A model generated the notes under the pieces. The model had not been told where the DNA came from. It saw only the letters and a program-made list of their open reading frames with translations, and did not search any database. A DNA stretch of 64,000 bases, taken from contig CAVZVA010000011.1 of the NCBI GenBank assembly GCA_963778655.1, forward strand, positions 544,001-608,000. The letters run 5' to 3'. The position numbers and the translations under genes were made by a program. The stretch's first letter is position 1. Each line of letters starts with the position of its first letter. This stretch comes from an uncultured delta proteobacterium (lineage in GTDB: Bacteria; Myxococcota_A; Polyangia; Polyangiales; JAFGIB01). Positions 38,072-46,390 of this stretch are shown piece by piece.

Positions 38072-40277
38072 CAGCGGCGACGATTCGCAGCCCGCGGCCG
38101 GGCACGCCTTCATCTGGCTCGCCTGGGCGACCACGTTCGCGCTCGGGGCGTACCTGCGCCTGAACGACCTATCGGCCAGCATCGTCGGCCAGGAGGTGGC
38201 CAGCAACGGCCCGGACGCGGCCTACCACGCGCGGCGCATGCTGCAGACCTGGGCGCACTACCCGCACGTGCCGTCCTTCGACCCGCTGCTGAACTGGCCT
38301 CACGGCGCGGTGGCGCCGTGGCCGCCCGGCTTCGACTTCGCCGTGGCGAGCCTGGCCCTGCTCGCGCGTGATCGCTTCGGCGCGCAGGTCGTGATCGCGC
38401 TGGCGCCGGTCCTGCTCGGCCTGGCGTTGATCGCGCTGGTCGGCGCCGCCACGCGAGCGCTCGCGCCCCGAGCGCCGTGGTGGACGAGCTGGATCGCGGC
38501 GAGCCTGGTGGCGATCCTTCCTCAGGCCGTTTCGGTCGCGCGCTTCGGCAACCCCGATCACCACGTCGCCGAGGCGCTGATCCTGCCTGCGCTGGCGCTA
38601 TGGTCGCTGCGCGCATACAACGCGCTCGATGCCAATGCGTTCGGCCGAAACGAACGCCTCGTGCTCGAGCTCGGCGGCGCGGTGCTGGTCGCGGGCTCGG
38701 TCGCGACCTTCACCGGCGCCCCAATCTACGTCTACATCGCCGCGGCGATGCTCGCGCTCGGCGAGCTGCGCCGCGGGCACGGCACGCCGGCGCGCTTCGC
38801 GCTCGGGGTGCCCGCGCTACTGCTGGGCGCGGCCGGCGCGGCGCTGGTCTATCGACCGCTGGTCCAGGCCGACGGGATCGCGCTCAGCTACGCCTATCCC
38901 TCGTATCTGCAGCCGCTGCTGGTCTTGTGCGCGGCGGGCGGCCTGCTGCTCGCCTCGGCGCTCGGCGCGCTCTCGACCGGGCACCAAGCGCGCAGCTCGC
39001 TCAAGCGCGCAGGCGTGCTGCTGGGATGCGCGGCGCTGGCCCTCGCGCTGTGGGCGCGCGCGCCGCTTGCGGAGCTGGTGCGCGGCCTGCACGAGTGGTT
39101 TGCCGACAGCGGCAGCCCACTGGCCGCGCTCACCGAGAACAAGCCGCTGTTCTCACACCTGGACGGGCACGCGAGCCACTTCGCCCGCGCCTATCTGTAC
39201 TACGGCGTGCTCGGCCCGTTGCTGCCCGTGCTGGTGCTTGCGGGCCTGGCGCTGCACGTGCGGCGCCATGGCCTACGCCAGGCCCTTCCCTTCGTGGTGT
39301 GGTCGCTGGCGATCACCGCGCTGATGCTGCTGCAGAACCGCTTCGGACGGGTCGGCCTGGTCAACCTCGCGATCTGCACCGCGTTCACGCTCCAAGCCGC
39401 GGCCGAGCGCGCGGGTCGCGTTCGCGCGCTGATCGTGCTGGCGCCCGCGCTCGTGCTGATCGCCGACCCGGCGTTCCACTTCTACCTGTGGCCCGTGAGC
39501 CCCATGCCCCTGCCCGACATGCAGGAAGCGGGCGTCTTCCTGCGCGAGCACACACCGCCGCCCGTCCCCGGCAAGCGCGCGGGCGTGCTCGTGCCCTGGG
39601 GCGAGGCGCACTTTGTGGTGCGCTACGGCGAGCGCCCCGTCACCGCCACGGGCTTCGGCATCTACGTCGCACCGGATGCGGTCGAAGAGGTGCATCAGAT
39701 CTGGGCGCACGATGAGGAGCGACTGCTGCGCTTCGCGCGGGCGCGCGACCTCGGCTTCGTCGCGGTCAGCGCAGCCACCTACACCGGTCGCACCCTGCAC
39801 GGCAAGGGACCGTGGCAAGCGCAGGGCGGCTGGAACCAGCAATACTTGCGCCAGGTACCGCTCGCCACGCTGCTGTTCGCCGGCTCCGGCATCGCCGGCG
39901 CAGGCGTGCCCCACCTGCGCCACCTGATGCCTCGCTTCGCGAGCACCATGCCGCCCGCGGGGCTGCCGTCGTTTCTTCCCGGCGTGTGGGTGTACGAGAT
40001 CGTCGCGGGCGCGCGCATTGCGGGGCGCGCACCGCCCGGCGCGCTGATCCGCGTGCAGACGCCGCTGTGGTTACGCGGCCGCGGCGCGATGCACGAGGCC
40101 TGGACCCGGGCGAACGCGGACGGGGCGTTCAGCCTGGTCACGCCGCTGCCTACGGGCTACCGCGGCCAGTCATTCGAGACCGCACCGGCCGCGCTGCTGC
40201 ACGTGGGCGCGGCCGAGCAGCGCATCGCGGTGCCGGAAGCGGCGGTGCGGCGAGGGCAGACGATCGTGGCGCCCTGA
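38058..40277 (+). CDS. STT3/AglB-like oligosaccharyltransferase with altered WWDxG
   Basis: PDAAYHARR, FDPLLNWPHG..WPPGFD, DHHVAE, LTENKPL, QNRF, PWGEAH and YEIVAGARI. Confidence 0.8.
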   Translation: MQGASSGDDSQPAAGHAFIWLAWATTFALGAYLRLNDLSASIVGQEVASNGPDAAYHARRMLQTWAHYPHVPSFDPLLNWPHGAVAPWPPGFDFAVASLALLARDRFGAQVVIALAPVLLGLALIALVGAATRALAPRAPWWTSWIAASLVAILPQAVSVARFGNPDHHVAEALILPALALWSLRAYNALDANAFGRNERLVLELGGAVLVAGSVATFTGAPIYVYIAAAMLALGELRRGHGTPARFALGVPALLLGAAGAALVYRPLVQADGIALSYAYPSYLQPLLVLCAAGGLLLASALGALSTGHQARSSLKRAGVLLGCAALALALWARAPLAELVRGLHEWFADSGSPLAALTENKPLFSHLDGHASHFARAYLYYGVLGPLLPVLVLAGLALHVRRHGLRQALPFVVWSLAITALMLLQNRFGRVGLVNLAICTAFTLQAAAERAGRVRALIVLAPALVLIADPAFHFYLWPVSPMPLPDMQEAGVFLREHTPPPVPGKRAGVLVPWGEAHFVVRYGERPVTATGFGIYVAPDAVEEVHQIWAHDEERLLRFARARDLGFVAVSAATYTGRTLHGKGPWQAQGGWNQQYLRQVPLATLLFAGSGIAGAGVPHLRHLMPRFASTMPPAGLPSFLPGVWVYEIVAGARIAGRAPPGALIRVQTPLWLRGRGAMHEAWTRANADGAFSLVTPLPTGYRGQSFETAPAALLHVGAAEQRIAVPEAAVRRGQTIVAP

Positions 40278-40571
40278 GCGCGCGGCCGCGCGCCGCCGAG
40301 CACGGCGCTCATGCGAGGCGCAGCGCGCGAAAGGCCGCGCCCGAGCCCGCGTTCAGGTACAGCGAGCAGGCGTACGCAACCTGCGCCAACTGACGAGCGA
40401 GTCGCAGCGGCGCGCTCGGCTCAGCCCCGGGCGCGCCGCCGCCGCTTCGGGAATCGCCGGCCCGAGCGCGCCCGGGCAGGCTCGCCGCGTTGGTGTTGCC
40501 GGCGGCGCGCGCGCGTGTATGTCCTAGCGCGGATAGGCGGGCCAAGGTTGGCGTCTCATTCTCGACGCGGC

Positions 40572-41747
40572 GTGCGTGTGATCGCGGCATTGCTGGCGTT
40601 CGGCATCGGGTGCCGTGCTCGGGAACCGAGCGCATCAAAGGCCTCGCCGGCGGCGACCGCCAGCAAGGGCAACACTGCGGCGCCAAGCTTTGGCGCCGCT
40701 CCGAGCGCGCTTGCGCCAGCAGGCACGGCGCCGGGTGCGCCCGCTCCGGCCGGCACGGGCACGAATGCCCCGGCTTCCGCGGTGCACGCAGACGTCGGGC
40801 TGCAGCAAGACCTGCGCGCGAGCTACACGCAACTCGCCCAGCTGTATCAACAAATGGCTGACGCCTATGCGCAGCGTGGCGGCGCCACGACGGCCATGAC
40901 CAGGCTCATGGGCGCGTTGCACGCGCAGATGGCAGGCACTTTGCGTGCGCCCGCCGCCGCCCCGCAGGGCAACGAGCCCGACGCCGGCGCGACGGGCCCA
41001 GGCATGATGGGGCGAGGGCCAGCACGCCGAGCGCTCCCTGGCGGTGGCACGACGGGGCCAGGCATGATGGGACCGCGCATGATGGGACCGCGCATGATGG
41101 GACCGGGTGCGCGCGGCGGGGCGGCACCCCGAGGCGGCACCACCGGGCAGCCTCCGGGTCCCGGCATGATGGGACCGGGCATGATGGGACCGGGCATGAT
41201 GGGGCACGCGCTGAGGCAGGGCTGGATGGGCGCCATGGATCGCTGGCACGAGCAGATGGCGACGCTCAATCGACAGTGGGCCGACGACGCCCAGCGTGCA
41301 GGCCAGCCCGACCTGGCGGCGCTGCATCGGAAGACCGCGGACGCCCATGCGCGCGCCGGACGCGACATCGAGCAGGGCGCCAAGGCGATCGCCAGCCGCG
41401 CCGAGCAAGCGCCTGGCAGCGCCGACACGACACTGAACGGCGCGCACCTGTACGCGAGCGTGTGCGCGAGCTGCCATGGCCCGACCGGACAGGGCGTGCG
41501 CGGGCTCTTTCCGCCTCTCGCCGGCAACTCCGTCGTCACCGGCGCGCCCTCGCAGCTGATCGCGATCCTGCACGACGGCAAGACCGGTCCGCTCACGGTA
41601 GAGGGCGTCGAGTACAACGGCGCGATGCCCTCCTTCCGCGGGCTGCTCTCGGCCGCCCAGCTCTCGGCCATTCTCAGCTACGTGCGAAGCGCGTGGGGCA
41701 ACCACGCGCCAGCCGTCTCGGCCGAGCAGCTAGAGCACGCGCCCTGA
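40572..41747 (+). CDS. Lipoprotein c-type cytochrome with Met-rich GPGMM repeats
   Basis: Lipobox GIGC; CASCH, FPPLAG, YNGAMPSF and YVRSAWGN. Confidence 0.85.
   Translation: MRVIAALLAFGIGCRAREPSASKASPAATASKGNTAAPSFGAAPSALAPAGTAPGAPAPAGTGTNAPASAVHADVGLQQDLRASYTQLAQLYQQMADAYAQRGGATTAMTRLMGALHAQMAGTLRAPAAAPQGNEPDAGATGPGMMGRGPARRALPGGGTTGPGMMGPRMMGPRMMGPGARGGAAPRGGTTGQPPGPGMMGPGMMGPGMMGHALRQGWMGAMDRWHEQMATLNRQWADDAQRAGQPDLAALHRKTADAHARAGRDIEQGAKAIASRAEQAPGSADTTLNGAHLYASVCASCHGPTGQGVRGLFPPLAGNSVVTGAPSQLIAILHDGKTGPLTVEGVEYNGAMPSFRGLLSAAQLSAILSYVRSAWGNHAPAVSAEQLEHAP
40994..41205 (+). repeat. Coding 15-bp tandem repeats (CATGATGGGACCGSG), seven MMG units
   Basis: GPGMMG, GPGMMGPRMMGPRMMG and GPGMMGPGMMGPGMMG. 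Confidence 0.85.
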
Positions 41748-41857
41748 CAGCGACGGATGTCGCCACCTCCAATGCCCGGGGCCAGGGCAATCGCTTGGCG
41801 CGCGATCAGGCCGCCGATCAGCGCGAGGTAGGACAACTCTACGGGCCGCCTGGCTGA
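41745..41857 (+). pseudogene. Relic of a homologue of the 10014-11045 toxin gene
   Basis: TATDVATSNARGQGNR vs TATDVATSNAQGQGNR at 10419-10466. Confidence 0.75.
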
Positions 41858-41907
41858 CATCCAGGACCAGTCGAGCCTATGCTGCGGGCCGGAGGGCGGG
41901 CAGACCC

Positions 41908-43686
41908 ATGTCGGACGACGTGCAGCGCAAGCGGGTCGCGATTTTGAGCGCGGACGCGGCCAACTACTCCGGCTTGATGGCCGCCGACGAGGTGGCGACC
42001 GTGCGCACCATCGCCAAGCTGCGCAGCGAGATCGCCGCGCGCGTTCACCAGCACCGCGGCCGCGTCGTCGACGCGCCCGGCGACAACGTGCTGGCCGAGT
42101 TTCCGAGCGTGATAAACGCCGTGGCGAGCGCGCTTCACCTGCAGCAGAGCATCGCGCGCCACAACGCGAGCTTGCCGGAGGCCCAACGAATGCGGTTTCG
42201 CGTTGGGATCCACGTCGGCAGTGTGATCGTGGATGACGACCGCATCTACGGAGACAGCGTGAACATCGCCGCGCGCTTGCAGCAGCTTGCCGAGCCTGGA
42301 GGACTGATGGTGTCTCGCTCGGTCGCCGAGCGGCTTTCCGGCGACCAGCCGTTCGAGGTGCGCTACGTCGGGCCGAAACGGCTGAAGAACATCCCCGAGC
42401 CGGTGACTTGCTACCGCGTCCACGATCGCGAAGCAGACCCTTCGCTCAGCGACGGCGGCCCGTCGCTGCCCTACGGTCGGGAGCTCAGCGTGCCCGGGTT
42501 CTCCGGACAGCCGGCGATCGCCGTGCTGCCGTTCGAGCTGCTCGACGGCGGGACGGACGACGATTTCTTCGCACGCGGTCTGACCGACGATCTGGTCACG
42601 CGGCTGTCGGCGCTGCGCGCGTACCCGGTGCTCACGGCGGGCGCGAGCACGGGCGCCAGCTCGGGCTCGTTGCGCAGTGAGCTGCGTTCTCGCTATGCGG
42701 TCAAGGGCGCCGTCCGACGGACCGCAGGGCGCGTCCGAATCAACGTGCAGCTGATCGACACCGACAGCTCGCAGGTCGTGTGGGCCGACCAATACGACCA
42801 GACGCTCGGCGAGCTGTTCGAGCTGCAGGATTCCATCACCACGTCGGTCGCCGCAATTGTCGAGCCGACGCTGCGGCGAGTCGAGCAACGCCGCGCGCTG
42901 TACCTCCATCCCAGCGAGCTCTCCGCCTGGGAGTGCGTGCAGCGCGGGCAGTGGCACATGGTGCAGCTGCGCCGGGAAACCAATCTGGAGGCGCAGACCT
43001 CGTTTCGTCGTGCGATCGAGCTCGACCCCAATTTCGCCACTGCGCACGCATTTCTGGGCATCAGCCTGGCCTTCGACTCGATGTTCGCGTGGAGCAAGTC
43101 GCCGCGGCTCGCGCTCGACGAGGCGATTCGCGCCGCGGAGACCGGGCTGGCGCTCGACGACCAGAACCCGTTCGTGCATCGCGCCCTGGGTGGGGTCTAC
43201 GTGATCGAGGGCAAGCTGCGGCGGTCCATCGACGCCAACCGCAAGGCGATCGAGCTGAGCCCGAGCTATGCGCTCGGCTATTGGGGCGCGGGCCAACAAC
43301 TGGCGCTGGCCGGCCGCCCCAACGAGGGCCTGGCCATGCTCAGGACTGCGATGCGGCTGAGCCCGAACGACCCGATCACGGTCCAGTTCCTGGCCGACCT
43401 CTGCATCGCGTACTTCGGCGCGGAGCGCTACGAGGAAGCCGTGGACGCAGCCGAGCGCAGCCTCGCGCTTCGCACCGAGTCCAACTGGTGCTGGCCCTTC
43501 ATGCTGGCGGCGCTGGTCCATCTGGATCGGATCGCGGACGCCCGGCGAACGTTCGATCGCGCGCCGCCGTTACTCAAGGGGCTCAGCGGTCACGGCATGT
43601 TGCGTGTGCTCGAGCGCATGGGCGCCGATCGCGATCTGATCTCGCGCCTGAGCATCGGTATGCAGGCCGCCATGCCCAACACGTAG
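41908..43686 (+). CDS. Class III nucleotidyl cyclase + TolB-like + TPR protein
   Basis: ILSADAANYS, PGDNVLAEF, GDSVNIAARLQ, LKNI, IAVLPF and AIELDPNFA. Confidence 0.9.
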   Translation: MSDDVQRKRVAILSADAANYSGLMAADEVATVRTIAKLRSEIAARVHQHRGRVVDAPGDNVLAEFPSVINAVASALHLQQSIARHNASLPEAQRMRFRVGIHVGSVIVDDDRIYGDSVNIAARLQQLAEPGGLMVSRSVAERLSGDQPFEVRYVGPKRLKNIPEPVTCYRVHDREADPSLSDGGPSLPYGRELSVPGFSGQPAIAVLPFELLDGGTDDDFFARGLTDDLVTRLSALRAYPVLTAGASTGASSGSLRSELRSRYAVKGAVRRTAGRVRINVQLIDTDSSQVVWADQYDQTLGELFELQDSITTSVAAIVEPTLRRVEQRRALYLHPSELSAWECVQRGQWHMVQLRRETNLEAQTSFRRAIELDPNFATAHAFLGISLAFDSMFAWSKSPRLALDEAIRAAETGLALDDQNPFVHRALGGVYVIEGKLRRSIDANRKAIELSPSYALGYWGAGQQLALAGRPNEGLAMLRTAMRLSPNDPITVQFLADLCIAYFGAERYEEAVDAAERSLALRTESNWCWPFMLAALVHLDRIADARRTFDRAPPLLKGLSGHGMLRVLERMGADRDLISRLSIGMQAAMPNT

Positions 43687-43701
43687 CGCAGCGGCGCTCG
43701 C

Positions 43702-45756
43702 TCAGCTCGACGGAACGATCACCTTCCACAGCCGCCAGCGCTCGACCCACTGGAGCGCGGCCAGCCACAGATCGTCGTCGACCGTGTCGACCGCGAGCGC
43801 CTGGGCGATCTCGGCCGACTTGCGCTCGATGTGCGCGAGTTGGGTGGCCTTGTTGTGACCCGCATCGTCCAGGGCCACCGCGTCCCTCCAAGCGTCCTCG
43901 CGAAATCTCTCGAAGAGGAAACCCGCGAAGACGTCGTCTAGACGGCCCAGCAGCAGGTCGAGCACCCGCAGGCCGGGAGCGTACAGCGCCTCGACGCGCG
44001 CCTGAATGCCTCGGGTCGCTTTCTCCAGCGCCTGGTTGACGGCGAGGTGATCCTCATGCCGCTGTTCGCGCCGCTCGCGAATTCCGACCTGCACCAGGGC
44101 CAGCGGCAGGTCGTGGTTGACGTGGGCGTTGATCCCGAGCAGAAGGTCCTGAATGGCAAGGCCGGCGTCGTCTTCGGCCACGACGAACGCGCGGCGCCAG
44201 GCCTGCGGCACCTCCCGCAGCTGACCACGCTCGAAGGCGAGCAGCGCTTCTCGGTAGAGATTCGCAAACGCCACCAGGTAGCCCCCGGTCCACTCTGGAT
44301 CGAGAAAGCCGCCGTTCTCCAGCTGCGCGCGGATCGCGCGCGTGGCGCCGATGTAGGCCGTCACGAACACCCCGCGGCGATCCTGCTTTCGGTGAAGCAA
44401 GCGCTCGAGCCCAGCCAAGCCCTGCTCGACGTCCTGCGGGCTGGCGAATGGCTGCGCCAGCAGCGAGCCGATGCCGCCCGGAGACGCTGGGGCCGCAGCG
44501 GCGCTGGTTGGGTTCGCCGTCGCGGCCACGATGTCCTTGAGCGCCTGCTTGTCCGCCGGCACGAGGATTTTGGGCGGCTGGCCGAACTCGACCTCCACGA
44601 TGCCCGCGAGCAGGCGTCCCAGCAGCCAGCGATGCAGGTGCAGGCCCAGCGGCAGGGCATCAAGCAGCTGCCACCACGTCCGCCACACGAAGAACGTACC
44701 CAGGATCCCATAGATCGGCAGACTGGCCCGCCCCGCCCGCTGCATGCGCAGGCGCGCCAGATCATCGGCCGAGAGGAAATACTGCGCGAGCCAGCGCGGC
44801 ACGTGATGCGCGAACGGTACCGGAAGTGGAAGCTCATCGTGCAGCCGCTCGCCGATGTCTCGCAGCAGCGCCCGCGCAAGGTGCGCCCCCTCGAGGTTCT
44901 CCGCGGCGGGTTTGAAGTGCCGCTGACGGAACGCCGCTTGAAAGGCCTCGATCTCCTCGAACGTCACCGGAACGTGGGCTGTGCTGTCGGGCTCTCCCTC
45001 GGGATGAATCCCCATCACCAGCGCGAACACCCGCCAGAGGTAGAGAAAGTCCTGCTCTTGCTGCGCCGAGAGCCCGATGCGGAGCTGGCGCAAACCCTGG
45101 ACGGTCTCGTACGAGAAGCCCACGATGGTGGCAAGCATCTGCTCCTGGTTGACCGGTTTGCCGAAGCGCGCGACGTAGCCCGGGACGTTGTTCAGCACGA
45201 TCGGGCGCACCCCCGCATGCAGCAGGCGCAGCTTCTGCGCCTCGAACACGGCGCTGGCGCAAGGCCCCGAGAACGCTCCGTCCGCACACAGCTCGAGCAG
45301 CATTTGCAGCACCAGCAGCGAGCGGCGCACGGGCCGTGCTTGGGAATCACCCGATACGGTCAGCGCACGCGTGAGGGCTGGAGCGCAGTACCCGGTCGGC
45401 AAAACCTTTAGAAACAACACTGTGCCGATCGCGAACGCGTGGGTGAAGAAGACCTGCTGCCCGCGCGCGAGTCGATCGCGGTCGACCCAGCCGGGCAGCT
45501 TGCCCGTGAGCGCTAGAAACGCGTCCAGCTCGGGCACCCCGGCGGCCGAGGCAGCGGCCCGACCACCGCCCTCGCTCAGCGCGCGATTAACGGCCTCCAA
45601 CTGCCCGGGCAATAGACGCGCCGCAAAGGCGTCGGCAACAGAGTCACCGGCATCCGCCAGCGCCTGCAGAAATGCGGGCGAGCGCCAGCGCTCGACCGCG
45701 CTCTGCCAGCCTTGGGTAGGAATCCGCTTGCCCATGCGCAGCTCCTCATCGCTCAA
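43702..45756 (-). CDS. MpaB/Lcp-like heme oxygenase (DUF2236) fused to DUF5995
   Basis: LPGWVD, KLRLLHAGVR, PVNQEQMLAT, LWRVFALVMG; C-terminal DRRGVF, FANLY and LLGINAHVNHDLP. Confidence 0.82.
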   Translation of the reverse strand: MSDEELRMGKRIPTQGWQSAVERWRSPAFLQALADAGDSVADAFAARLLPGQLEAVNRALSEGGGRAAASAAGVPELDAFLALTGKLPGWVDRDRLARGQQVFFTHAFAIGTVLFLKVLPTGYCAPALTRALTVSGDSQARPVRRSLLVLQMLLELCADGAFSGPCASAVFEAQKLRLLHAGVRPIVLNNVPGYVARFGKPVNQEQMLATIVGFSYETVQGLRQLRIGLSAQQEQDFLYLWRVFALVMGIHPEGEPDSTAHVPVTFEEIEAFQAAFRQRHFKPAAENLEGAHLARALLRDIGERLHDELPLPVPFAHHVPRWLAQYFLSADDLARLRMQRAGRASLPIYGILGTFFVWRTWWQLLDALPLGLHLHRWLLGRLLAGIVEVEFGQPPKILVPADKQALKDIVAATANPTSAAAAPASPGGIGSLLAQPFASPQDVEQGLAGLERLLHRKQDRRGVFVTAYIGATRAIRAQLENGGFLDPEWTGGYLVAFANLYREALLAFERGQLREVPQAWRRAFVVAEDDAGLAIQDLLLGINAHVNHDLPLALVQVGIRERREQRHEDHLAVNQALEKATRGIQARVEALYAPGLRVLDLLLGRLDDVFAGFLFERFREDAWRDAVALDDAGHNKATQLAHIERKSAEIAQALAVDTVDDDLWLAALQWVERWRLWKVIVPSS

Positions 45757-45916
45757 GGCGCCCGCCCTCCCCTCGCCGCGCGCGCGAATGCGGGCCGGAT
45801 CGCGCCTGGCCGCGTTCCGAGCGCGAACGCTACCACACCCTCAAAGCGGCTCGTCGTGATCCACGTCACAGAGAGTTGGACCAAAGCGGTCCGAAGCTCC
45901 CGCACGCGCGCTCGGG

Positions 45917-46390
45917 CTACCCAGCCGGCGCGGAACGCGCCGGGCCGGGAGCGGCCAGCTGCAGTAACCCGCCCAGGCACAACAGCGCGGACCACGTGAT
46001 CACGCCGACCCGATCGCCGACGAAGAACCAGCGTCGATCGACGAAGAATGCAAGCAAGGGCAGCGCCGATGCGGCAGCGCTGAGCGCGAACAGCACGAGC
46101 GAGCCGGTGCCGGCTCGCTCGCGTCCGAGCCGCTCGGCCTGGCCGAGCGGCAGCACCGCGAAGTAGTGAACCCAGGCTGGGCGCAGCACGAGCGTGAAGG
46201 CGAGCAGCGTCGCGAGCGCCGCCAAGCGATCTTGGCTGCCGCGCGCGCGCAGGCGATACAGCGTGAAGACGACCAGCCCCAAGCTCAGCCCAACTCCGAG
46301 CAGACCGCGCAGCCCCGCCGGCAGCACGACCAGTGACGGGATGCCGTACGCCAGGGCGCGCGTGCGAGGTCTTCGCCACCCGCACGCGGC
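45917..46390 (-). pseudogene. C-terminal fragment of a GT87-like membrane protein
   Basis: Hydrophobic frame with PAWVHYFAVL; begins directly after the GH9 stop without a convincing start. Confidence 0.45.

Noticed and set aside
40994..41205. Possible CRISPR-like repeats
   Set aside because: In-frame 15-bp coding repeats without unique spacers; no cas genes in the window
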